From: Raillietiella orientalis
Taxonomy: Eukaryota
NCBI GenBank assembly: GCA_036172245.1
Contig: JAYWIR010000047.1
Span: 1,178,001-1,242,000 of the forward strand
Length of the DNA: 64,000 nucleotides
Direction: 5' to 3'
Every line of letters starts with the position of its first letter. Position 1 is the stretch's first letter. The notes under the pieces were generated by a model. The model searched no databases. It was given only the letters and a program-made list of their open reading frames with translations, and had not been told where the DNA came from. Below, piece after piece: positions 1 to 12,281 of this stretch. Both the position numbers and the translations under genes were made by a program.

Positions 1-589
1 TTGTGGGGATGCTGTAGCACGGATTGGCGATCGCGCCGCCTCCCCCCCTCCCTCTTTTCCTGGGACGATTCGGCGGGAAGCTAATGGAGGGGTAGGGCGT
101 TCGAATCTTTTCCGTGTTCCTCCCGTTCTCCATTCCCGGAGGTCTCGAATCTTCTTTTTATCCCTCTTCCGGGTGAGGGAGGGGGGAATTGATAGGTCTC
201 CGGGAAGGAGGGGAAGGGGAGAAGATTCTTCCCTCCTAAGGGCGCGAAACCACGCTGCTCGCGGGACCAGGAGGTGGGGGCGTCGCAGATGCAGCTTCCA
301 CAACTCCGTTGCCCGTGCCCTTCCCGTTCTTAGGCGAAGGCTCGTCCCGTGGCTTTGCTGCGAGTCCGTGGCCACGAGCAGAGAGCTCCATGAACACTTC
401 GCCGTCCTCCTCCATCCCGGCGTCCAGCTGCGACATCCCTGAATCCAAGAAGTCGGGAAGAGAGGAAAAGAAAGGAAGAACCAACCTTTCCCAGGCACGG
501 GCACCCTCCCTGGGAGCGATTCCCTTCCACTCCCCCCTCACCTCACCCCATCCGGACGGAGGACCATGCCCATCCTGCGATACCGAGGT

Positions 590-3400
590 TAGAAAAGAAT
601 TCGGACTGTCCGGCTGCATCCCAGGAAGGACGGGTGCAGCCTAGCAGGTCGGAAGCGCCCGCCTCGCGGGAGCAGGGTGGGGCGGAACTCGCCCCAGTGC
701 TCGACGTGGACTCCAACGGCGAGGGATGGGTGGTGCGCGGGCGAGCACGAGGAAGGGAGCCTCCAGCAAACGGGTCCGGCCCGCGACAAGCAGCCTTCCG
801 CCACGTGAGGGACTGCAAGGGTCGTCTGTCGATCTCCCCAGAGGATGGATGCCAGATGTCGGTGTTCCCTTTTATCAACGGGGACGTCACGTGGCAGGGA
901 CCCATGAGTCTCCACCCAGTTCTGGGCGCCGAGACGTTTCTTTTTCTCACCAAGGACAAACAAACAGGTGGAGCGCGCAGGAGTCGGCATAGCGGGGCTC
1001 AATACTTAGTGGGCGCTGACGACGTTCACAACATCGCGAAAGGGGGAAGGGGAGGGGGAGATAAGAAAAAAGAAAAGGCAAATCAAAAAAGGGTCTGGTT
1101 GGATTGAGGAGGAGGGAAGCACGGGGAGGGGAGGGGTCGCATTTCGCGACGTGGGGTCCTCCGCACCCTTTGCAGGATACCGGCGGGCTCCTACCCGCGA
1201 TCCGGAAGAACGAGCGGCGAAGAGGGCGGTGGCTCCCCTGTCGTGCTGCCCTCTGCCAGCGTCGCTCCTGGATTTCCACCTGCGTGCCCCCGAGGCGCTT
1301 ACTCCATAAAAACGAACATTTGCAACTTTTCGGCAGGGCCGGTGGTCCAACCAGGTCCATCTCAAAAGCAGTCTGCTGGGTTTGCCGGTGCGCAGACCGG
1401 TGAGGTTCGCCTAGGCAGCAGAAGGAAGGAACTTGAGAGGAGTGAGAAAAGGGATCACATCCTGCAGGGGGCAGTCCTCTGCATCCTTTCGGGGATGCTG
1501 GAAAGATCTCTGCGTGTTCTTCGCGTGGGACTTCTCGTCGCCACCCTCAGGAGGTGGATGGCAAAGTGGATGTGGCACCCCTATCGCTCCGCCCCCTCTT
1601 GCATCGCTCCAAGCGGCTGCAATCCCGCTCAGGGAGCTGCTGGCGAAGCTGCCGGCCGAGAGGCCTCGTGTGCGAACAAGGGTCTCCGTGCGTGCCTGGG
1701 GTTGCCACTCCAGGGACGCTGCCAGAGGAGCGGAAGGCCGTCGGGGAACGTCCCCACGGCGGTCGCAGGGCAACGCGGTCCGGAATCAGCTGCTGGGGAG
1801 GGGATGCACGTTCCCCGCACCTGACACAATTTGGCCCCCCTGCCCCGTGTCCGGTGATGTATGCGGGCGTTGCACTGGTGCAGCATCAGCAGCGTCGACT
1901 GGTGACGCTTCGAGGGAAGGGTGTGGGTGTTCAAGGGCACTGGGAGCCACTGCACGTCTTCCTGCGGAATATCCGGCAGCTCGCCTTAGTGCAAAAGTAC
2001 TCAGGGATGAAGGGGGGGCAAGGGGACACTCGAGGTCGCAGCGTCTGTGAGCTGGCCATCGTCCATTAACCCAGTCCTCTTCTCCTGGAGGAGATTTCCA
2101 CCGAGACCTCCCATCGAGCCGGAAGGCTGCTGCTCATGCGTTCCCTCAGAGAGAGCAGCGCTGCGGCAAAGGAGGTTCCTCTTGCCCACGCACTTTTTGC
2201 AGGATGTTCGAGGATCTCCTGGAGCGTGCAGTCGTTGCCACGGCAACGCGACCAACCGCTGAGTCCGTTCCGGATGTCGCCCGCTGGTCTTCGCCCACGC
2301 GCGAACTGTCTCCTGCAGACCAAGCACCGCCGGTGGTGGGGCGGCAGGAGATCCAGCTGATGTTCGTCCTGGTGAGCATAACCACCCGCAGGAGCCACAG
2401 TCCGCAATGGGCACACGCGGAATTCGACGACGGCGTGCAAGGAAGGACGCGAGTCCCACGCTGCCGGTGGCTTGTCGGACGAGGAGGCGTGCAAATGGGT
2501 ACCAGGTGTTGCTCCAAAACTTCGCCACGAGGGCGAGGATTCTAAATTAGAGTTGCGGCCCCATTCGCCCTGGCTTTGCCACCCGGGTAAGCCCGGGGCG
2601 TTTATTAAAAAAACTCTACATTACGTGGTACAATGCCCCACTAACGGCGAATAACACAGGATCTGACGGGACGCCGGGACGCAGACCAGCGTGACTCTCC
2701 TCAGCATTGAAAGGGGATGGGGGGAAAACAAAAAGAAAAAATAAAACATAAGGAAACAAAAAAAAAGAGTTTGGAGGGCCGGGAAGGGATCACAGTTCAC
2801 TGGGAGGAGGGCCCATCCTTTGCAGGAAGCCCTCGTGGTCCATCCGCATTTGTCCCAGTTGGGGCCATCCAGAAGCTCTCTGCATGAAGCAAACTGCATA
2901 CTGGATGACGCCCCTCTCGTTCTCATCCTGTTCTTCGTCGTCGCTATCGCTCCAGGCCTCCACGATGCCTCGGATGCAGCAAAGTGCTGCGAGGGCTGCG
3001 GCTGGCTGCAGGGAGTCCCGTACGAAGAGAAGCCGGAAAACGTCTCCGAGCTCGCTGCCCACCAGGAGCCCAAACGTTCCAAAACGTTTCGCATAGGGGT
3101 CGGAGGGCAGCACAATCAACAATAAGGAGGGTAGATGGAGTAGTTCATTCGCCCCCGCGTAGGGATGGGTGAGTGGGTGGAGTCGAGTCCTTTGTCATGA
3201 CGACGCGGAGCGCGCACGCCTTTCAGCCGGACACGGGACCTCCCTGTGCCTCGAGGGGTTTCTCGCAGGAGAAGGGTGAGGAAAGGGATCGCATCCTGCT
3301 GGGGACGGTCCTGCTCATCCTCTCGAGGATGCTGCCTCCTCCTCTTCCCAACTTCCCCGGGGCGAAGAACGGAGGCCACGGAAGCGTTCCCGACGGCGGT
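590..3400 (-). mobile_element. Cluster of decayed, 5'-truncated L1/Tx1-like non-LTR retrotransposon 3' fragments (four related ORF2 ends)
   Basis: Related DNA motifs at ~1131-1185, 1445-1502, 2781-2832 and 3277-3336 encode (S/G)(I/F)L(E/Q)RMxRT on the minus strand. Upstream remnants LLIVDCAALRPL (CCHC-finger tail) and HRHLASILWG...VAEG resemble L1/Tx1 ORF2 C-termini. Confidence 0.55.
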
Positions 3401-4549
3401 CCGTTCCAGGCGAGGGAAATGGGACGAGAGCCGACTCCGCCTTCTGGAGGCTCAGGGGAGGAGTCCCCCAACGGGGCGCCAGGGCGGAAAGCACCTGAAT
3501 CAACCCACCGTGGGGACCCCCAAGAGGACCCAGTCCGAATCTCCCCCGCTGCACCGACAGGACACGCGCGCAACGACCCTGGTCCCCTCGTGTCCAACCC
3601 CTCATGCCCGCTCCGCGACGGATCTACTCGAGGAAGTCCTCGAGCGATGCCGCTGGGACCGACGTGGGAGGCGGCGGCAGCAGAGAAGATCGTCGGCACG
3701 CTCGCCCGTGACAGCAAGGGAGAGGCGCGAGCGGGGGTCCTTCTAGACGAGCGGAGGAAAGGAGGAAGGAAACTTCTACGTTCCAGAGAAACCTGGATGT
3801 TCTTCTTACCTTTTCCTGCTGTGTGGAAACATCAGCTCCTTTGAAGAACCCTCTGAGAAGGAACTTTTTCTTAGCGGGGACAGGAAGTGAGGGAGTCAAG
3901 GAAAATCAGGACGCAGCGTCCCGGCCGAAGAACGACCGGAAGGCACCGCAGTTTTCAAAGGCGCACGAGCACTCCCAGAGGGAGCCACCCGCAGGATCGT
4001 GACTCCGAAGCAGGGGTGCCAGATAAAAACTTCTCGCGAGAGCAGGTCCACTGCTCCCCGAGACGCACAGGGCCATCGCCTCCCGATCCGAGGCGAGAGA
4101 TTCTTCCCCAAGTTTACTCCATCCCTGCCTCTTCTCCGACTTGGCTGAAGTAGACGGATAGAGCGGGTGCGTCTAAGAGGGGTCTCTGCCAACTTCAGCA
4201 CAAATGAAGTTCGACAGATGGTTCTCTGGTTTTGAACAGGGCAATTTTGAAAGGATAAAATTACGCTTGATGAACATCTCGCATGCCAAATAAGGCGGTC
4301 ACTGAGCCCTGCATTTCCAGGAGTGGGTCACGTGAAAGATAAAAGGGCAAATAGCACACGCCGCCCGAGATCAACCCGCCTTTTGCTTTTGTGCTTTTCT
4401 AAGTATTCCGCTTTTCTGGTATTCCGCGATCTCACTGCGGAGTACACGCTCGAAGGTTGTGGTGAGCTTGGACCGGGGTCGAACCCTTCAGGAACGGCAG
4501 ATGGTTCTCCTATGCTTTCGCAATCAAGTCCAGAAGGAAGCTTTGAAAA

Positions 4550-5600
4550 TAGCAGGCGTGTTCCCATCAGCATGGATATCTGGGTTTGCCAGGCTTGTTA
4601 GAACGAACGTTTGTCAAATGTTGCGGAATGGCGGATTCCCCTTCGGAGAGCCAGCTCCGACGATCAATTATTCCGGACGTACTCATCAGATTTTTGCAAC
4701 AGGACTTCACTCGAACCGACGAAAAGAACCCACTGAGCATCCGAACAACATTCGTGCTTTGCATAGTAATTTTTTCCTCTGGACCACAGTTGCATGTTCT
4801 GCCATTCAAGGGGCTTCTCCGTGCCGAACAAGAAGAATTAAGGCAAAAAGCAGATGAAACTTCGCATTCTCCATCCATAGGGAAAAAAAAGAAAATGGCA
4901 CGAGAGACACCCAGAATCAAAGGGTGAATTCTCACTGGTCATCCAAACACTGTAAATAAGAACTCACCCTCAACGGTTTCGAGTATGCACACTTTAATCG
5001 TAAATTGCTTTCAGTGCAATAGCCCAACCTTTCTGAAACGGTGATACAAAACCACGGCGGTGCATGAACTGTGGGATCCACAGAGGATTCCAGTTTCTTC
5101 GATGAAGGAAGGGGGGAAAAAGTGTCGTACACACCACACGATTGTGAGCAACACGGACGCCAGGTGGGTGAAACGTGGGTGAATGGTGAGCTGCACTGCA
5201 TCGTCGGGCATTGCGACTCGGATGATCTTCCTCATGCACTGTGCACCAAGGGAGTGAAGATGGGCAAATGCTCAGGAAGTGACCGTAGGAGAAATGGAAA
5301 TAGGTCGAGAGAAAAACAGATTCAAGGTTAGTGGCGACATGGACGACTAATATTGACAGGGAGATTGTCCAAAGAAACGGAAAAGTAGAGATTATGCATT
5401 CTCCTTAGGAAAGAAGGTAGCTGTCAGCTTGGTTGCTTAATCAAACGATCGGCATGGATCAGTACATCAATGACCTTCCACTCAGTGAACGTACGATGAG
5501 AGTGTGGGGGGGGGGAACTCCTTTGTTTTGCTACCACTAATGAGTTGACCAGTAGAGGGTTTTAGCAAAGGCAATTTTTAAGCTGAAACCACCCTCAAAT
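4550..5600 (+). mobile_element. Decayed piggyBac-like (PGBD) transposase remnant
   Basis: Degenerate motifs in the expected order: IRFLQQD...PLSIR, VLPFKG (cf. DExMIPFKGR), DSSFF, LNQTIGMDQYIN...RTMRVW (cf. YNxxMGGVDxxDQ...RxxxW). Many stops and frameshifts; termini not found. Confidence 0.4.
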
Positions 5601-6067
5601 ACAAATTCTCGGAATGCCATGAGATGCTTGGAAATCTGCTGGGAATCGGGAAGCGCTGTCGGCAACGAGGTGGATTCCGAATCCAAATTATATTCTTCGA
5701 AATCATCAAAGGAGTTCCTGAGGGAGCGCGCCGAATGGAGGACTGGACCTCAAGAGCTACAACTTTTGGCCACCAACTAGAAAGGGATTCCCGGAAACAC
5801 ACGTTACATCGCATGCACGCGAAAGACAAAGCTTCTGCCAGTCCTGATAATTAATACGTTCCGTTAATAACTTTCAATAACTACCCATTCGAATCGCTCT
5901 CTGGAAAAATTATCCCTCAAGCGCTCAGCCCATCGTAATGGCAGGTTCATGGGGCTGACGAATGAATGAATAGGGAAGCATGCACATGAAAGAGGGGAAT
6001 TACAGACCTTTTCTTTTTTTTTTGTTTTGCTTTGTTTTGTTTTTTACATCTGTTAGAGTTTCAGAGC

Positions 6068-6400
6068 CTATAAAATCGCTGCATTTTTCAAGTGATTGAT
6101 TTCGCACAAAATGTACGAAGTTATACGAAAGGTTTCAAATACGCTTGCATAGGAATTAGCTCTGCAGCTATTTTCAAATCGGTTTTGCTGCAGGGGCAAG
6201 CAATAGTTGGCCAGGAGGCACGTGAGACCATCGGCGGCCGGCTTGCCCGGCATACAAACCGCCCTCCACGATTCCAATGCATCTCGACTAGCTTGCAGAT
6301 TTCCGCATTCACGAAGTCTGCCTGCATCCCGAGGACCGAAATCTCCATGTGAGAGGCAGACATCTGTGTGAATTTGTTCCAAGACTCAACTTTTTTTTTG
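6068..6400 (-). mobile_element. Decayed Ty1/Copia-like integrase core fragment
   Basis: LEQIHTDVC (cf. LELIHxDVCGP) and PLQQNRFENSCRANS (cf. PQQNGVAERxNRT) in the minus ORF 6068-6382. Confidence 0.45.
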
Positions 6401-9400
6401 GATGCTTTCCATGTCCTCCTGTCAATATGGAGACCTGAATTTTTTCATCTACCAGGTTACCCCCAAATTCATCTTTGCGCTAAACGATCATTTTTGATCC
6501 TTTTTTTTTTTTTTAATCATCTTTACTTCTAGATTCCAATACATGTTTGTCTTGTTGCTGTATCATACTGTTGCTACCCACTGGGGAAACATGCTGCTGA
6601 TATACTAAATGATTTCTGTCTATATAGGAACTCATATTCTTCAAACAGAATTAACACCATAAATTAATTTTGTGTTTCATATTAAAAATTGTAAAAAATT
6701 TTAATTTGGTGAAAGTATTTTAGTGGATTTTAATGTTTCCTGAATCATCAAATCACCAAGACAAAAACAGTTTATTTACAAAAAATATCTTACAATATAC
6801 ATCTTAGATTTGGAAAAAAAACTGTTCAAGAAAGGTAAACAGGATTTTCAAAATAGCACTATATAAAGGTATTGTTAAAACAATAATCATGTCAACTTCT
6901 GATAATAGTAAGAATGAATGATATATACATTTACAGATAAGACCCTAAAAACTGCATATAGTCATTCAAAAAAAAAAAGGAAAATCAGTTATGTAAAAAA
7001 TAAATACGCTATAAAACACCTTATTATTTGAAAAATTCATAATGGCCAACGAAATTTTGCATTGAATAGAATGTTGTGCAAAAATTTCACACACACACAC
7101 TGACATTTAAAAATAATAAGATGAAGCATGCAACTGGGCAAATAGTCAGGCAATTTTATTTTTTCTTCTGAAATCATGGGCTTAATGATATAAGATGAAT
7201 TTTATTAGATTAATTTAGGGCAAAATATACAGTTACCATAGGTCCAAAAACCTAGTTATTAAATTACATTACACACACACACATATGGCATGCACTTTCC
7301 ACTGGTATAAGCTATGAGTGCACTCTTTCTTGCTTAGTATCACTAACCCTATGGGCCTGCTTTTTGTAAATAATTTTCCGGAAGCACTTGAAATCCCAAA
7401 ATTTTAACAAAACTTACCTGTCACCTGACTGTTCAGAATTTAGCATTATTAATTCAATAAATATATTATAATGAAAGCAATTAGCACTGTTTAATCCCAC
7501 AATAAAGCTCCACAGCATTGGCCCTGTCTTGTGCAATTGGCTGATCTGCTTGCATTACATCATGAGATATCAACTGCATGAGGTGAACAAAAAAAATCTA
7601 CATTTACCATGTGTAGAGTAAAACAAAATTTTCAAAAGCAATGCTTTCAGGTAAGGATGTGCTTTTAATATAAAACAGCATTTATTTACATTTATTACAG
7701 TGTTTTCCTTTTTAGTTCATGTGTTCTATACACTATGCAGCTCAGTAATTCGCATTCCGTGGCACAATGACGTATTCTCCTCCTTTACAAATAAGCAGTT
7801 TAGACTCCCCTTTGCTGAAAAATTTTTCACTTAGTTTTTACTTTCAACTGCTCCAGATGATTAAAATTAAAATCGATTCTTGTTCCGATACCGAAATCTT
7901 CATAGAATTGTCAGGAATAGTATTTGGAATGGCTTAATTAAATTATAACACATTTTTGACATCTATGTTTACATCCAACACGTAAGGCACCCTGGATGAT
8001 TTTCAGAGAACGAACCCTCGAACTTATACAGCTTTATGCAAGATGCAACCACAAACCTCAATAGGTTTCGGGTGCAAAGTTTTCGACTGCTTTTAAGCTT
8101 TTCTTTAATAACGACCTTTTCATTCTTTTCTTAGAAGAAGAATTTTCGATTTTGAGAGACTCACTAATTCTATCAATGAACATGCGAAATATTAAAGAGT
8201 ACACTTCTCCTACGACCTGTGAGATCTGCCTATCATCCGCATTTGGCCTTCTACGTTTTTTGGAAGCAGGCTTCATCAATCTTTCTAGTTAACTTTTTAA
8301 ATCTCAAGCATGACTGAGGGGCACTTTTACCTTGCAATTTTCGAACTTTGAAATATAAAGGATGGAAGTTCCTTCATGAGTTTATTTTCACATTCCTTCG
8401 ATCACAGCTTTGATTTCAGCACTCTGTAACTCCCAATTCAAATACACTTCGATTCACTGAATGAAGTTTCGTTACCAAGGTATAATTATTATTAAACTGT
8501 TGTTTAAAATAAAGCTATAAGTACCAGTTCTGAAGTTTATTCTCAACAGTAACTTCTTCAGAATGATGAGATTAATTGAAATGAATGCACTGAATATAAT
8601 TGTGTTCCAATAGAAATTTAAATAGACTATTAAAATGATAACCGCAACCCCATATTGCGTGTTCCCCAAAGATTTGATCCTCAAATAATTAACAATTCGC
8701 CTCATCAGATCATAGCATGCCGTGATTTGGAATGTTTAGAGGGATCGCGGGCATAGGCAGTTCCAAGAAGGTTCACATGATCTCCATTTTAATACTGAAA
8801 ACTAACGCAAATTCTAAGGGCGTATTCACAGCATTCTGGAAATACGTTTGAGTATTCAAAGACAATCGAATTAAGCTTAAACAGATGACTAAGCTGAGAA
8901 TCCAACCCAGAGAACCATTTTCATTTTCGTTTTTCAATTCTTCAAATTTTTCAAAAGCATATTTCGTATGAATCTTCTTGGTGTAACTCACACGGAACCA
9001 ATAGCAGACTTCAGAAAGTAAAATATGAGCTATGATTAGAACATGAAGGTAATGAAAGGCAAGATTCTGAATTACGTAGAATTAAATATTTTCTTGTCTA
9101 AGACCTTTACTGTTAAAAATAAAAGAGAAGGGAGAAGGAATACTATGACACTTCTATGAAAATTTCAAATTTTGTTATTTTGATTAACTTTATTATTTTC
9201 GTTCCAGTAATTATCGTCCAGCCACTGCATCAATGTTTGATAAATTCCTTCTCAAAAAACTTTTAAATCAAATACACTTGTGCACCATTGAACCTAATTA
9301 GTGTTCACTAATTAGTGCTTCTTCTCTTTATTTCGTGCATTAACTACTACACAATGTATTCCAGATAAATATTGATCATTATTATCTGAAATAGTAAGTT

Positions 9401-9516
9401 CTCTAAGGGTACATTAGAAAATATATTAATGAATAAATAAGGCAAAACATCTATTATTCATACATTGCATATATTTATATAAAGATGTTCTCATTTTATC
9501 AATAAGCGGTTTCTGA

Positions 9517-9802
9517 GTATCTAATACTGCATCTAATAATAATATCTAATATATATAAACTCGCCTGGTTTTGATCCTTACATATGTATGAATTACTCAT
9601 GATTTGTATCGAATACATTCCAAATAATATCTGTCATGGATGCCAACGAAATGTTTTCAAATCGTTTATTATCGATGCTTTCTTTCATTCTTATTGTTAT
9701 TGTTTCTGATATCTATTTGAACTTAATAACGTAAACGATATTTTCAAGTTTTCCTAATTCCCATTTCATGCTAACAGAATGTATCTAATACTGCATCTAA
9801 TA
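9517..9802. repeat. Perfect 22-nt direct repeat flanking a 242-nt segment
   Basis: gtatctaatactgcatctaata at 9517-9538 and 9781-9802. Confidence 0.85.
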
Positions 9803-10635
9803 GTCTTACTGAATTAAAGAAAATCAAGAGTGACTAATTTTTATTGCTAATAGCCTCGTGTTTTTCCGATTGTTTATTACTTGCAGTCACGTAGTGTACG
9901 AAAGTGAAGAGTCAGGTTTGAGGTCTTCAGCGGTCGTGGTCATTTTGCTCTCAGGACAAAAAAAGAGGCGCGTGCGACGAGACATCAAAGATAGCACTGG
10001 AAAGACAGAAATGCATTCATAGGCAAACTAATGCCATTTACTCGAGTCTATAAATACACGAGCATACTACTTTATTTCTTTAAATAAGAACACTACTATT
10101 TCCATTGCCTTGTTTTATGTAAGCAAGCTATAGAGGGCATTTTGCTTTGCCGTTAAGGCAAAATAACCTATTCGTGTTTTCATAAGCCGGTACTTCTTGC
10201 AGTTCCGTACTGAAATGACCCAGAACGTCCGAATCGGCATTTCAACAGCTTGAAAACCGTCATGACGGAAGGTGAGATTCAGAGAGAGGATGGATTGGAA
10301 GTTCCGTACATGGTACGCGTACACGTACGTCGTCGAGTTCTAACCAAAAGCTTTGTAGGGAAGAACTTGTTGCCTTTCCCTCTGCAGCATCTGCAAGGTT
10401 GCTCCTCGTTAGGTACCAATCGCTTTCTTCACCTTCCTCGACGCATCACCAACAGCCGATCGCCGTATTCGTGATCGACACCGGAAATTCGTTTCGACAC
10501 TCACAAACACTCGTCAGCGTGACATTTACTTGTTTATGTGTCCCAAGACCACGCACACATCAGCATGGGTTAAGCAAGCAACTTTCACTGGATATTAAAA
10601 ACACTTGTCTGGGAAACAGCAAAAAACGCAGAAAA

Positions 10636-12164
10636 ATGCCTGGAAACTGGGTTACCTCGCTTGTGCTCCACATCCGAAACGTAATACTGAAATTAACTCT
10701 CGAGACTTTGGTTATTTTATCGGCTAAAGCAGATTAAATGACTGGGGGTTGTATTTGTGGTGGCTCTTTTAGAAAGCGAGTACTTGCCCGCGGCAAAACA
10801 GCGATCCTTATTGTTTTCGTATGCGGTACAGGATGCACCTCAAGGGCATTTCAAGAAAGGACTCACTTTTTTGCTTGGTTTTCGTTTTCTTCTAAACTTT
10901 TATCAGTAATTCACAGGAATTTTTACCTTTGATGATTGGGGAAATTGTTGAACTGAACCACAACTCCCTAATGTCCAAGATACAGGTGCTCACAGAGTCT
11001 TTATATTCTGGGGCAAAAAGAGGCCACGCATTACACACAGAACTAGGAATGCTAAAACGAATTCAAAATGAATTCTTGTGTGGATTTCATGGATACTGCA
11101 TAGTGCATAGTTTCTGAGGAAGGAATAACTGCATTCAAGTGTGCAGAACAGAAAAAAAAATGCCAGCAAAAAGAAAGGGATAAAATTGAATTGAGAATTG
11201 CCCTTGGAGGTATCAAGATGATAATTATATCAATTCTATTTAAAAAACAAATTGTGTATAGTTTTGAAGGCAACTGTAAATACTTGTCCACACTAATGAG
11301 AAAGACACAGTTACAAATTCAACAAGCTGTGGACAACCTACTTTCACAGCAGGAATATGAACTTTACTTCCATGAAGGCCTTGGACAGTAAATACCTGTT
11401 GTTTCAGTGACTATTACTAATACACATGCTATGAGGAAATATCTCCTCCATTTTTTCCACAAATAGTAGCAATAAAATTCAACACAATTGAAAGAAACAA
11501 ATTCACTCTCAATGTTTTCAGCATTCTTGACCAGAAAATGCAAGCACTTCAAGCACTTTAGACATACTGCTTCAAACTTATGAACAATACTTTCCGGTGG
11601 TATGCCATTGTTTACACAAGCCATTCCATCTAAATTTTTGCCAAAACCATCCTGTGATATGACCCTTTCTGGAGAGCTATAAAGCATGCAATAAGTATTG
11701 TTTGTGTAGATTTTCTTATCTAACATTCAACCTTACTACAGAGCTTTCAATGCATACAGGTAATGCTTGGTGTAAAACAGACATCAAGTGAGATAGCTGG
11801 TACACACTTATATTCCATTGTAAACCTACCAGTTGTGTTCTATACCCCTCTCAGACTATTTCCTATTCCAATTTTCTCAGTATAAAGTCTCATCTCAAGT
11901 CCAGAGAACTCTTTCCTGAATCTTGAATTTGATGGACAGTTAACAAAAGCTGGTCTCACAAAGGTCAAACATGCTCAAGTTGAAATTAAACTAATTATAT
12001 TTTTTCCCTTCAAGTTACCATTACTAAACATATATGTCTGGATATGTGACATTAAAAACAACCTTGATCATCCTGATTTATTGAGTTTTCAGTTTTGTCC
12101 CATCATCCTCATCCCCCAGCTGCACTGTAAACCTTCTTCTTACCAAGATTATGCAGAGAGATAA
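10636..12164 (+). CDS. Candidate unannotated gene with short introns; product unknown, exon structure uncertain
   Basis: Phase-compatible GT-AG chain 10636-10710, 10773-10877, 10917-10985, 11104-11209, 11270-11391. Further open frames and 37-56 nt intron-like segments continue to ~12164. AATAAA at 12265; CpG-depleted like the neighbouring genes. Hand-assembled, and alternative structures exist. Confidence 0.3.
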
Positions 12165-12281
12165 TAATTAGCATTTGCAACAATGTGATGGAAACCAATA
12201 TCATTGCTTTTTTTTGGCTCTAAGCAATGGAAACATTATTGGATCTACACAGTTAAGTGCCAGCAATAAACATTTTCGCAC

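Noticed and set aside
634..3125. Plus-strand ORFs initially read as exons of a host gene
   Set aside because: The coding-like signal is on the minus strand and recurs five times, fitting LINE 3' fragments.
4455..4495. tRNA B-box-like ggtcgaaccc
   Set aside because: No cloverleaf or A-box could be built.
8500..8800. Possible non-canonical GT-CG / GT-AA introns that would join the minus-strand frames
   Set aside because: No homology anchor; all introns in the three verifiable genes are GT-AG, so this is over-fitting.
11364..11726. 120-aa minus-strand ORF
   Set aside because: No recognisable domain, and it conflicts with a plus-strand model that has more splice support; cannot be fully excluded.
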